A stretch of 64,000 nt of DNA, from NCBI GenBank assembly GCA_002726395.1, contig PBTA01000030.1, forward strand, positions 29,877 to 93,876, read 5' to 3'. Below the pieces are notes generated by a model. That model did no database searches and was not told where the DNA came from. It was given only the letters and a program-made list of their open reading frames with translations. Origin of the DNA: Methanobacteriota archaeon. Lineage in GTDB: Archaea > Thermoplasmatota > Poseidoniia > Poseidoniales > Poseidoniaceae. Of this stretch, positions 19,752 through 28,901 are shown in pieces. Position numbers and translations under genes: made by a program. Every line of letters starts with the position of its first letter. Within the stretch, counting starts at the first letter, position 1.

Positions 19752-20861
19752 TCAAGGTATCTCATCAAACATATATCCAGTTTCCCATTTCTTCTCGCCT
19801 AGAGCCACTTCTAATTCAAATGGGGTAATCAGAGGTTTTCGATATCTCACCGCATCATCAATCGCAATTCTAGGGCATGCAGTATTGACAAATGCGTCAA
19901 CGGGATAGAAATCAATTAGGTCAGGTCCAATATGTTCAAGTGCTAACAAATAGCCCTTTTTTCCATGCTTTTCCAATAATCTTTTCATTCTCAAAGCAAG
20001 TGTTCTTCTCATCTGACCCGGTTTTTCACCGATTAATATGCCAAAAGACTGACAATCTTGGCTAGACATTATCAAACCAAACCGTTGTCTAAGTATTCTT
20101 TCAATCCGTTCAAATGACATTTCTTTTGCATCACCTGAGTATGGGTCGAGCATTGCTAATGGTTTTCCAGTATGCAGAACTAGGCCGATTGGATGAAAAT
20201 CTCCGGACCCCAAAAATAGGTAATGTCCGATACTTGGATCATCTCCAGAATAATTACAGCCGAGTACTTGACCTGGGAAGGATAGTCTTGCTCCACCAAT
20301 TGGAATAGTAACATCATAGCCTGCGGCTTCAAGTCTATCGTGGAAGTCAGGCAGTAGGTGTAAGTGCTGTATTGAACCGACCAAGCCAAGTTTTGTATCA
20401 GTTAGCGGAGCCATTCTACCAACAGCGTCCATGAATTTTTCTTGTGCAGCTTCTTCTGAGAGCATTGTATTCTCATGCTGATTTGCCATTCTTTCTCTAG
20501 CCATGGCAAGATGTCTGTTTAGAGTCGGTATTACAGGTTTTAACTCTGGGTCACCATCATACGTAACATCGATGAATTCTGTTGGCATGCCTGAATCTAT
20601 GTTCATTTGGGAATGGCCCATGTGAGCAACTAGTTCAACTCCCATCATTTGCATTTTATCATGCACTAAATCACAAGCACCGTAACATGGGTCTGCAGCC
20701 AAGATCACTTTTGCACTGGTTTCAGTTTCTATTTCGTCCATCATTTCAAGAGCTTGCATTTTAAGCCCTTCAGGCACTTGCAAAGCGATTAGACGGTTAT
20801 CGTTTTCTTTAATTTTATCAACTAAATCATTCAGTTTAAAATCATGTCTAGATAGGTCCAA
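19752..20861 (-). CDS. dph2: 2-(3-amino-3-carboxypropyl)histidine synthase (diphthamide biosynthesis, Dph2)
   Basis: ALQVPEGLK...DPCYGACDL...HMGHS motifs typical of archaeal Dph2 radical-SAM-like enzymes. About 369 aa. Confidence 0.7.
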   Translation of the reverse strand: MDLSRHDFKLNDLVDKIKENDNRLIALQVPEGLKMQALEMMDEIETETSAKVILAADPCYGACDLVHDKMQMMGVELVAHMGHSQMNIDSGMPTEFIDVTYDGDPELKPVIPTLNRHLAMARERMANQHENTMLSEEAAQEKFMDAVGRMAPLTDTKLGLVGSIQHLHLLPDFHDRLEAAGYDVTIPIGGARLSFPGQVLGCNYSGDDPSIGHYLFLGSGDFHPIGLVLHTGKPLAMLDPYSGDAKEMSFERIERILRQRFGLIMSSQDCQSFGILIGEKPGQMRRTLALRMKRLLEKHGKKGYLLALEHIGPDLIDFYPVDAFVNTACPRIAIDDAVRYRKPLITPFELEVALGEKKWETGYMFDEIP

Positions 20862-20873
20862 TTAATCACTTCC

Positions 20874-21464
20874 TTATTCAATTATGACAACTTTTTCGCC
20901 ATCCATTTCTAGTTTTACCAAAGAATCAAACCTTATTTCTGGATAATCCTTCTGAAGAGTTGCCATACCAGGACCTTTTTCAACAACCACTACGATGTTT
21001 TGAATCACTGCACCTGTTTTCTTTACGCCTTCGATGACCGATCTGATTGTTCCACCAGTTGATAATACGTCATCTATAATCACTAAATTTTCACCTTGCT
21101 TGATATCGTTAAGGAATATACTTCCTTTTGAATAACCGGTTTCTTGATTAATTTCGATCTCACCTGTAAGTCCATATTGACGTTTTCGTGCAATCACCAT
21201 AGGAATTCCAGTTCGCATTGAGAGTGGCGCCATCAAAGGAAGTCCCATAGCTTCAATTCCCAGAATCAGATCAACACTTTGCCAGTCGATTAACGGAACT
21301 GAGAGTTCAATTACCGCCTTGAGAACGTCCGGTTCTAATCTTGGAACGCCATCTGTAATAGGATGGATAAAATAAGGATAATCGCCTTTCCAAATGATCG
21401 GGGCATTGATTAAACTCTGCTTCAAAATGTCAATTTCGTTCATGATGGTCACCTTTGCCATCAA
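20874..21464 (-). CDS. hpt: Archaeal hypoxanthine/guanine phosphoribosyltransferase
   Basis: YFIHPITDGVP...EAMG.P...IARK..YGL.GE...Q.TGYS.G......VIIDDVLSTGGT (PRPP-binding loop) matches my recollection of the archaeal Hpt family closely. About 196 aa. Confidence 0.7.
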   Translation of the reverse strand: MMAKVTIMNEIDILKQSLINAPIIWKGDYPYFIHPITDGVPRLEPDVLKAVIELSVPLIDWQSVDLILGIEAMGLPLMAPLSMRTGIPMVIARKRQYGLTGEIEINQETGYSKGSIFLNDIKQGENLVIIDDVLSTGGTIRSVIEGVKKTGAVIQNIVVVVEKGPGMATLQKDYPEIRFDSLVKLEMDGEKVVIIE

Positions 21465-21907
21465 AGTTCTGCGAGATACTCAACATATTCATCAGGGTCT
21501 AGTAGTAATTCTAAATCTAAATTATGAGGCTCTAGTATGATAATCCAGCCAAGGTCATAGGCAGAGTCATTAGCCAAATCTGGATTGATTTCGACTTCTC
21601 CATTAACTTCGGCTATTAGTCCAGAGAATGGGGCAGGGAATGGCTTCTTTTCTTCAGCAGTCCATATTGAAAACATCCCATCGCCTTCATCGACCTCAGT
21701 CTCGGCTTGGGGCAAAATTATTCTCAGTACTTCTCCAATCTCTAATTTTAGGAATTCACTCACACCAATCATCAAACGGTCATCTTTCTCTTGATACCAT
21801 AAGTGTTCAGTCGAGTATTTCCTATTATGTGCTACATTAAATTCAACGGTTTCTTCATCCAAAATGATTCCTCCTAAACGCGGCTCATGGGCATCATATA
21901 TGAACAA
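21461..21907 (-). CDS. Glycine-cleavage H-protein-like protein (GcvH-like), non-canonical lipoyl site
   Basis: YSTEHLWYQEKDDRLMIGVSEF...GEV...FSIWTAEEKKPFPAPFSGLIAEVN...DLGWIIIL follows the GcvH fold pattern (Y..EHeW, E..K...aP.sG.v.evN, gWl). The lysines sit 4-5 residues before AP rather than the canonical 8. Confidence 0.45.
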   Translation of the reverse strand: MFIYDAHEPRLGGIILDEETVEFNVAHNRKYSTEHLWYQEKDDRLMIGVSEFLKLEIGEVLRIILPQAETEVDEGDGMFSIWTAEEKKPFPAPFSGLIAEVNGEVEINPDLANDSAYDLGWIIILEPHNLDLELLLDPDEYVEYLAEL

Positions 21908-21980
21908 TTTGGGAAAAACGCCAATTTGTCAAAGCAAACGGGTTAAGTGAGTTGGCCTTTTGGAGGCATTGGGGAGAGTC

Positions 21981-23150
21981 ATGGATTACGCAGAAAGCGA
22001 TGAACAACAAATGATTAGAGAACTAGTTAGAGATTTTGCGGAAACGGTTTTGGCGCCTACGGTCGAACACAGAGATAGCACTCAACAACCACCATCAGAA
22101 GAGTGGCAACAATTTCTAGAATATGGTCTACAAGGTGTAACCATTCCCGAAGATTACGGCGGTTCTCCAGTCGACGATATCTCGGAATCTATAATCGTGG
22201 AAGAATTATCAAGAGTTGATCCATCCTTTGGCGTTATGTTTTGTGTCCATGTCGGCCTATGCGCAAAAACCATCTCGCTACATGGTAACGAAGAACAGAA
22301 ATCAAAGTATTTACCAAGGCTTGCAGCTGGAGAAGTAGGCGCTTATTCACTATCTGAAGCGGGCGCAGGTACCGATGCAGCGGCAATGATTTGTAAGGCA
22401 AAACTATCTGAAGATGGCTCACACTTTATTTTGAACGGCGAAAAGATGTGGGTTACTAACGGTGCTCAAGCCAAAATCCTAGTTCTGTTTGCTAAGGATG
22501 TCAATCATCCTGATTATGGCATAAAGAGGCACGGTGGAACAACCGCATTTATCGTAGAATCAACCTTTGAAGGATTTACCGTTGGTAAGAAAGAGGATAA
22601 GTTAGGTATTAGGTCATCTGACACATGCACTTTGGTACTTAATGATTGTAAGGTGCCTGTTGAAAATGTCTTGAAGGGTATCGGCAATGGATTCCCAATT
22701 GCGATGAATGCCTTGGATAACAGTAGAATCGGTATTGCAGCCCAAGCACTAGGAATTGCTCAAGGGGCTTACGAATCCGCACTTAATTACGCTCATGAAA
22801 GAGAAGCATTTGGTAAACCAATAGCTCACCACCAAATGATAATGTCTTATTTGGCGGACATGGCAACTAGGATAGAAGCTGCCAGACAACTAGTTTATCG
22901 AGCATCCTGGGCTAAACAGGAACACTATGAACACGGTGGCAAACGACATACTCAAGAGGCTAGTATGGCTAAATTGTATGCTGGTGATACCGCAATGTGG
23001 GTATCAGAAAGAGCCATACAAGTGCTTGGAGGTTATGGCTATACCAAGGAATTCCCAGTTGAAAGGTTCTTCCGTGATGCGAAAATAACTCAAATTTACG
23101 AGGGTACCCAAGAAGTACAAAGGATTGTAATTGCTCGTTCGCTAAAATAA
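21981..23150 (+). CDS. Acyl-CoA dehydrogenase (short/medium-chain type)
   Basis: C-terminal YEGTxEVQRIVIAR and the ACAD N/M/C domain pattern. About 390 aa. ATG at 21981 is preferred, preceded by a GGAGG...GGGGAGAG SD-like stretch. Confidence 0.85.
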   Translation: MDYAESDEQQMIRELVRDFAETVLAPTVEHRDSTQQPPSEEWQQFLEYGLQGVTIPEDYGGSPVDDISESIIVEELSRVDPSFGVMFCVHVGLCAKTISLHGNEEQKSKYLPRLAAGEVGAYSLSEAGAGTDAAAMICKAKLSEDGSHFILNGEKMWVTNGAQAKILVLFAKDVNHPDYGIKRHGGTTAFIVESTFEGFTVGKKEDKLGIRSSDTCTLVLNDCKVPVENVLKGIGNGFPIAMNALDNSRIGIAAQALGIAQGAYESALNYAHEREAFGKPIAHHQMIMSYLADMATRIEAARQLVYRASWAKQEHYEHGGKRHTQEASMAKLYAGDTAMWVSERAIQVLGGYGYTKEFPVERFFRDAKITQIYEGTQEVQRIVIARSLK

Positions 23151-23152
23151 AC

Positions 23153-24232
23153 TTACTTTATTTGCAAGCCGGTGCCTTTCAGTTTCGCCTGTCTAAGGCC
23201 ACTTGACCAGTCATGTAATTTTCCAGTAAAGTGGGCTGTTTTACCGGCTGAATTTTCTATTATCTCGTTGTACTCAGGTTCAAACAATACGGCTACGGTA
23301 TAAGGTCCATTATCCAAAATTCCAACAATTGTCATCCCTCCACGATAATTATCCATTACCATAAGATTTCTCTCAACTCTCTGGATGCTCAGGGTGCAGT
23401 TACCAGGTTCTGATGTGTCGATCACCGATTTTGCTTCGCTATGAAGTCTAGTTGAGTACAAACTCTCAATTAATTTCTCTATAGAGGTTGTTACAGAGGC
23501 AATTTGTTCCTGTTGTTCAACTTCTGGTTGTTCTAGTGTAGCTTCATCTATAACATTAGTTTCTGGCAAAATAATCTCATCCTCTGCCTCAGCAGGTGCA
23601 ACTTCAATCTCATCAAGCATTTCTTCAAACTCTTCTTCGTCTATTGATTGTTTAATTTCTTCTTCCTCGATAATAGGGTCTACTATGACTGGCGTTGCAA
23701 AACCAATAGATTCCAGATAAGTCCATAACTCCGAGACTTCAATAACCCCATTACCGTCTGAGTCTAATATCGATATGACAGTATCAGATACCCATTCTGG
23801 TGGTTGACTCCCGGATAAATTCTCGATGAAATTATTTAACTCGTTGCGGCTCAGCATTCCATCACTATTGGTGTCAATTTTCGAGGTGATCTCTGCAGTT
23901 GACAGCCCAGAGTTTTGTAACCATTGACCAAATTGCTGCTTAATCATTTGAGCCATTCTGGGGTCTACATTAGCAACCATTTGTGACACTTTTTCTTGCC
24001 CAGCCGTTTTCGCTTTATCAGCCAATTTAGAGCGCCAGGCGGTGATTTCAGGCTGCTGTGAAAGGATTTGAATTACCGTTTCTCTTGGAACATGCGAAGG
24101 TGGTGCATCGCCAACAAACTCAATAGCTAATTGTGATAACTCAGAATCACTTAGTGAGGTTAAATCACCTCTTTCCGCAATTTTATTTTCAATTTGCTTA
24201 GCAACCATTTCTGAGATTCGTCCACTGAACAT
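23153..24232 (-). CDS. Acidic protein with two canonical EF-hand Ca-binding loops
   Basis: DTNSDGMLSRNE and DSDGNGVIEVSE both fit the 12-residue EF loop (D1, D/N3, D/N5, E12). A very acidic C-terminal half. Confidence 0.45.
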   Translation of the reverse strand: MFSGRISEMVAKQIENKIAERGDLTSLSDSELSQLAIEFVGDAPPSHVPRETVIQILSQQPEITAWRSKLADKAKTAGQEKVSQMVANVDPRMAQMIKQQFGQWLQNSGLSTAEITSKIDTNSDGMLSRNELNNFIENLSGSQPPEWVSDTVISILDSDGNGVIEVSELWTYLESIGFATPVIVDPIIEEEEIKQSIDEEEFEEMLDEIEVAPAEAEDEIILPETNVIDEATLEQPEVEQQEQIASVTTSIEKLIESLYSTRLHSEAKSVIDTSEPGNCTLSIQRVERNLMVMDNYRGGMTIVGILDNGPYTVAVLFEPEYNEIIENSAGKTAHFTGKLHDWSSGLRQAKLKGTGLQIK

Positions 24233-24271
24233 GATATCCCGTGCTAATTCATCTTATTCAATTTGGTGCCT

Positions 24272-25621
24272 TCATATCAGTGATAGTCTTGGCCATGAAT
24301 GGAAATTTTCATCCAACCATTGAATCTTACAAAGTAATTCACTAACCTCGTGTATTGTTGATAAGTCATGTTCAATTTGCAATCGATACATCCACTCCTT
24401 TAGGCGACCTAAACGTTCCCCTTTCGGTAAATTTGTCGCAGCCATTAACCAGTGTCCGTCGATTATTTGGCGCTCTTTTTTCAATGGCTTCAATTTTTGA
24501 ATTTCATCAATAATGGCAATAACTTGCAAATAATCTACTCCATCGGTATTTGTCAACAAATTTTTGCTAATAATTAATTCATATTGCAATTGTTGCATGT
24601 AGCGTTCAGATAATAGGTGTCGAAATAATCTTAATTCAGGCTTTTCTATACTTGGTAATCTGCCTTGATAATCTAACATTTTTCTAATTATTCTTAGGTC
24701 CTTGTTTGGTAATTTTAGTGATTGACATATTTGGATAACTTCTTTATTTGGCATGCTATTAAGAATCACAACTAGAAGCGAGCGATAATCTAGGAGTCTA
24801 CTATCATTAAGAGCATTTTTCAGATGTGACTTATTTGCAATTTGGCAATCAAAAATATGGTCAAGGATGTCATTTTCTAGCATTTGTTCAACTATCTCAC
24901 ATGCCACATTTGAGTTTAGTATTTTCTTGAGTTCCTGCCATATCCTCTCCCTAGCTAAATCTTTCATTAAGAAAGAGTTATTCTTTATTGCAGTTTTAAG
25001 TTGATTCTCTAGTTGCCATACTTTATTTCCTCGGTGGCCTAGAAATCGGTATGCTCTGAGCATTCTTAAGGCATCCTCTGAAATCCTTTGCATCGGAATT
25101 CCAACACATCGAATAATTTTGTTATCTAAGTCAATCAAGCCTTTGTGTGGGTCGTAGAGAATTCGCCTTGCCACATCAATTGCCATTGCGTTGATAGTAA
25201 AGTCGCGCCGTTCTAAGTCACTTTTCAACGAGGTTTCCCAATTAACCGAATTTGGTCTTCTATTATCTGAGTAATTTTCTTCTGACCTTAATGTTGTAGT
25301 TTGAAAATGATATTCTCCTGATCTGATTGTTATTGTGCCAAATGCAATGCCAGTCTCTATTGCGTTAGGAAAAATAGTTAGTAATCTAGCAGGTTCAAGG
25401 TCGGTCGCAATATCGATATCATTCGGATATATTCCCAATGCAGCGTCTCTAACAGCACCCCCCACTAACCAGACTCCACCATTAGCCAAAGAAATTTTAT
25501 TGAGGACAGAGGTAAGTTCATTCGGTAGTTTATCAACAAAATCACTGATACTATCGGTTAATGGCATCCCCGTTAAATCAGATTCTTTGCCGAACTCATA
25601 ATTTTGCAAACTTATCTCCAT
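24272..25621 (-). CDS. Class II (bacterial/eukaryotic-type) tRNA nucleotidyltransferase / poly(A) polymerase family protein
   Basis: GGAVRDAALG...DIDIAT head motif and RRDFTINAM. About 449 aa. Archaea normally carry the class I CCA enzyme. Confidence 0.65.
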   Translation of the reverse strand: MEISLQNYEFGKESDLTGMPLTDSISDFVDKLPNELTSVLNKISLANGGVWLVGGAVRDAALGIYPNDIDIATDLEPARLLTIFPNAIETGIAFGTITIRSGEYHFQTTTLRSEENYSDNRRPNSVNWETSLKSDLERRDFTINAMAIDVARRILYDPHKGLIDLDNKIIRCVGIPMQRISEDALRMLRAYRFLGHRGNKVWQLENQLKTAIKNNSFLMKDLARERIWQELKKILNSNVACEIVEQMLENDILDHIFDCQIANKSHLKNALNDSRLLDYRSLLVVILNSMPNKEVIQICQSLKLPNKDLRIIRKMLDYQGRLPSIEKPELRLFRHLLSERYMQQLQYELIISKNLLTNTDGVDYLQVIAIIDEIQKLKPLKKERQIIDGHWLMAATNLPKGERLGRLKEWMYRLQIEHDLSTIHEVSELLCKIQWLDENFHSWPRLSLI

Positions 25622-25672
25622 TCCCTTTGGTTCCTGCCAAAGTATTATCCTTGAAATACTGTTCGAAGTTCT

Positions 25673-26080
25673 ATGTGGACTGAAGAGGACGTACGGTTAG
25701 TGCCTGTGAAGTGGCTTAAACCACATGAAGAAATTAAGATTAAGCCAAGAGATAAACTCCTTGATATGACAAATAGGTGGGGTGGCTTTACCAAACCAAT
25801 ATTGGTAGACACTAACACCGGTGCTTTACTTGATGGACATCACCGGTTATCGGTCGCAAAAGAACTTGGATTGAAATTAATACCAGCAATTTGCCTTGAT
25901 TATCTCAATTCAGAGTTAATTAGCTTAGAATTGTGGCCTAATGCCAATATTGAATCAGTCGATAAGGCAGATGTCATAGAGATGTGTTTGGGTAATGAAC
26001 TATATCCTCCAAAAACCACTAAACATGTGGTAATCTACGACCTTCCGCCAATTTTGGTTGCCTTAGAGGAACTAGCCTAG
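25673..26080 (+). CDS. ParB-like nuclease domain (ParBc/sulfiredoxin fold) protein
   Basis: LLDGHHRLSVAKELG (DGHHR). Preceding KP-HE-like segment. 135 aa. Confidence 0.5.
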   Translation: MWTEEDVRLVPVKWLKPHEEIKIKPRDKLLDMTNRWGGFTKPILVDTNTGALLDGHHRLSVAKELGLKLIPAICLDYLNSELISLELWPNANIESVDKADVIEMCLGNELYPPKTTKHVVIYDLPPILVALEELA

Positions 26081-27897
26081 ATTCTTGAAGAAATGTAATC
26101 TCGCCACTTTTTATTGCCTTTCCCAGAAACCTTACTTTTTAGGTCTGGTTCTACTCTTAGGCTAATTATATCGGTTTTAACAATCCCTTCATGAGTATAG
26201 CACAACTCTACATGTTCAGGTTCTAAATTCGATAATATACTCTTCATTGATTTGATGGTTTTCAGTCTAATTTTGTTGATAGAAATCAGTTCATCACCAG
26301 GCATGATTAGATTTCTCAATGGCGATTCATTTTGATGAGATGTTACCATCATTCGGTTATTCTTAACTGCTAGATTTAACCCTAGCCAAGCAGATGACAA
26401 CTTGTCATTTGTTGATTTCTTTGAGGATAATTCCAGTCCATAGAAAGCAAACGCATGGGCTAAATCAGGGACCTGTTTATCAAAAATCAGTTTATCCAAC
26501 TGCATCCCCAGATTTCTACCGCCTTCCATAGAAACCAATTCTTTACGAATATCTTGATAATCGATGCCTATCCGTTCAACATTTGGATAACCGATGGCAT
26601 ATTTTTCACATAGTCTTACCATGAGGTCGCAAATTCCGTATTTGCCTTTTGATCGCTTCCTTAACTCCGCATCAATACAAAATATTGCTAATTCTCCTTC
26701 AAGGTAGTATGAAATTTGTATTTCTCTAGAGAAGCTATGGCTTCTATAGAGGTGTATCCAAGCATCGTGGCTGGATTCTGCCAGAGATTCATGAGCCATA
26801 CCGTTTCTTACTGTGTGGCGGCCAAGTTTTCTCTCCATGTCTTTTCGCCAATCCTCTTCTGACCATGCCCCAGATCTAACGCATAACATGTCTCCAAGCC
26901 AAGAAGTACATCCCTCAAACCACCATAATAAAGTAGTGTGAACTTCTTGTTGTAAATCATAGTCGACAAAATTCTTAGGTCTTAATCTCTTAACGTTCCA
27001 TTGATGTAAGTATTCATGGCTAAATAGGCTAACTAAGTCCCTATATTCATCTTCATGGCCTGATATTAAACAATTTCTTGGTAGCATTGAGGTTTGTGAG
27101 TTGAGATGTTCTAAGCCACCTCTGGAAGATTCTGTCAGTTGCAATATTACTACATAATCACCCCAATCAGGTGTTTGGAAAAGAGCATGATACTCTTTGA
27201 CAATTTTAATCATATCATCAACAAACTTGGTGACCATTTCTTCATCAGGTTGGTACCCCCCGCTATCCCATAATTTCAAAATGTGAGTTCGTCCATCTAC
27301 TGAGAAAGAAATATTATCCCTTGCATTTGTTTCGATAATACCATCTAATAATTCGTCTCGATTTCCGGCTTGTAATCTATATGTATCGCCTTTTAATGAG
27401 TTTATGCTAAGACAATTTTCTTGGCTACTTAATATCGTTAATTGAGTTGCTGGTGTCCATCCACTCGGTGCATGTAATGAGATATTGTGCGGCAAATTCA
27501 TTCTTGCATCATCAATTCCAGATGTCGGTAGTAAGAAGGTAAATGGTGGCATCATGTGCAAGTGGCTATTATCGATATGTGTCGACCTAACAGATAATTC
27601 AATTCCGAGGATTTTGTAATTTACCACGATATTTTGCTTGTTGTTTACATGTTTTATTGAAACAGCATCAACATCTTTTCTGACAAATTTCAAAATTGTT
27701 TCACCTTGTATACAGTTTATGTCGGTCAGGTATTGCATAGGTTCTCTAATAAAGTATGATCCAGGCACCCATCTGGGAAACTTTAGTTCTAGTTTACTTT
27801 TAGTAAAAGGCGGCTCAATCTCTATTTGTACATTTAGAAATCGTGTTTCGCCTTTCGTCGCATCCAGTCGGAAGGTTAGACCAGAACTGTCAGTCAT
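26077..27897 (-). CDS. M61-like zinc metallopeptidase with C-terminal PDZ domain (COG3975-type)
   Basis: HEYLHQWN HExxH motif. A C-terminal PDZ-like segment (LGLNLAVKNNRMMVTSHQNESPLRNLIMPGDELISIN). About 606 aa. Confidence 0.55.
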   Translation of the reverse strand: MTDSSGLTFRLDATKGETRFLNVQIEIEPPFTKSKLELKFPRWVPGSYFIREPMQYLTDINCIQGETILKFVRKDVDAVSIKHVNNKQNIVVNYKILGIELSVRSTHIDNSHLHMMPPFTFLLPTSGIDDARMNLPHNISLHAPSGWTPATQLTILSSQENCLSINSLKGDTYRLQAGNRDELLDGIIETNARDNISFSVDGRTHILKLWDSGGYQPDEEMVTKFVDDMIKIVKEYHALFQTPDWGDYVVILQLTESSRGGLEHLNSQTSMLPRNCLISGHEDEYRDLVSLFSHEYLHQWNVKRLRPKNFVDYDLQQEVHTTLLWWFEGCTSWLGDMLCVRSGAWSEEDWRKDMERKLGRHTVRNGMAHESLAESSHDAWIHLYRSHSFSREIQISYYLEGELAIFCIDAELRKRSKGKYGICDLMVRLCEKYAIGYPNVERIGIDYQDIRKELVSMEGGRNLGMQLDKLIFDKQVPDLAHAFAFYGLELSSKKSTNDKLSSAWLGLNLAVKNNRMMVTSHQNESPLRNLIMPGDELISINKIRLKTIKSMKSILSNLEPEHVELCYTHEGIVKTDIISLRVEPDLKSKVSGKGNKKWRDYISSRI

Positions 27898-27905
27898 ATT
27901 TCCTG

Positions 27906-28901
27906 CTAAGAGCCGGCGGTTGAAAGGTTCTGCGCTGTAATTCTAATCAATTCGCTGGTAGAATTGTTAGCAATCTTTTCCGCTTGTTCAATAATTTCTG
28001 GCTCATCTGCCCTAGAGAACAAACGTTCAATTAACCGACATCTTTCGATTTCATTTACTTCATCACGGGCAATAATTTTCCACCTAAGTGAGTCGACTTT
28101 CTCGCCTCGTTTACCTTGTAACCATCGCCCAATAATCTCATATTCATGTTTGTTAATCAGAATTTGAATTATATCATCTTCAACTTCAGTAAATCTTTTT
28201 CTTAGGTATTTAACAAAGTCCTTTGTTCCGTTAGAATCAAGGGATTTCACTAGAGTCATGACAATATTTTGTTCATTAGCAAGTGCATGTGGGATAATCA
28301 ATTTAGGATCTACACCATTTTCAAGCATTGATTTAATTGATTTTGATGATAATTTAATATTGCCATCCTGCAATTTTTTCAATGCCGCTTGGACGACATT
28401 GGTAGATTCATCTTCAAGCATGTTTTCAACTATTTTTGAATCAGCGTATTGGCTATTTAATGCTATGACTCTTATTTTTGGGGATTCATGATTTTGGACA
28501 AGGGTAAAAAATTCACTTTGGTTCTCACATTTTAAGATATATTCACAAGATTTTATTTTACACAATAAGTCATCTTTCTCAAATAAAATCTTGGCCAACT
28601 TAGAGTCCTCCGGCTTGAATGATAGGAGCATATTTGCAGCAACACGGTTATACGCTATTTTTTTATGATTAATTAATACCTCTAGTATCGATATATCCCT
28701 TCGTTTAGCCCAAGTTTTGAAAGCATCTAGGGCCTTGGTTTGGTACCAATTGTCTTTATCATTTAACAGTGGAATAAAAGATTCCAAATTTCCTTCATTG
28801 TCGATTTCAAACAATTCTCTTATCGCCCGTCGCTTCTTTCGGTCATCTCGGCTTTTGAGATGTTGTAATGCCATTGCAGAGCGACCGGCCAATCTAATCA
28901 C
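27906..28901 (-). CDS. Alpha-helical HEAT/ARM-like repeat protein
   Basis: Repetitive helical-pair pattern. No catalytic motif. First gene of a minus-strand operon. Confidence 0.3.
   Translation of the reverse strand: MIRLAGRSAMALQHLKSRDDRKKRRAIRELFEIDNEGNLESFIPLLNDKDNWYQTKALDAFKTWAKRRDISILEVLINHKKIAYNRVAANMLLSFKPEDSKLAKILFEKDDLLCKIKSCEYILKCENQSEFFTLVQNHESPKIRVIALNSQYADSKIVENMLEDESTNVVQAALKKLQDGNIKLSSKSIKSMLENGVDPKLIIPHALANEQNIVMTLVKSLDSNGTKDFVKYLRKRFTEVEDDIIQILINKHEYEIIGRWLQGKRGEKVDSLRWKIIARDEVNEIERCRLIERLFSRADEPEIIEQAEKIANNSTSELIRITAQNLSTAGS

Noticed and set aside
23151-23165. T-rich stretch (ACTTACTTTATTTGC) between the convergent ACAD and EF-hand genes as a bidirectional terminator
   Set aside because: Only 2 nt separate the two stop codons, so the T-rich run is inside the EF-hand gene's 3' coding end. 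That is too weak to call.
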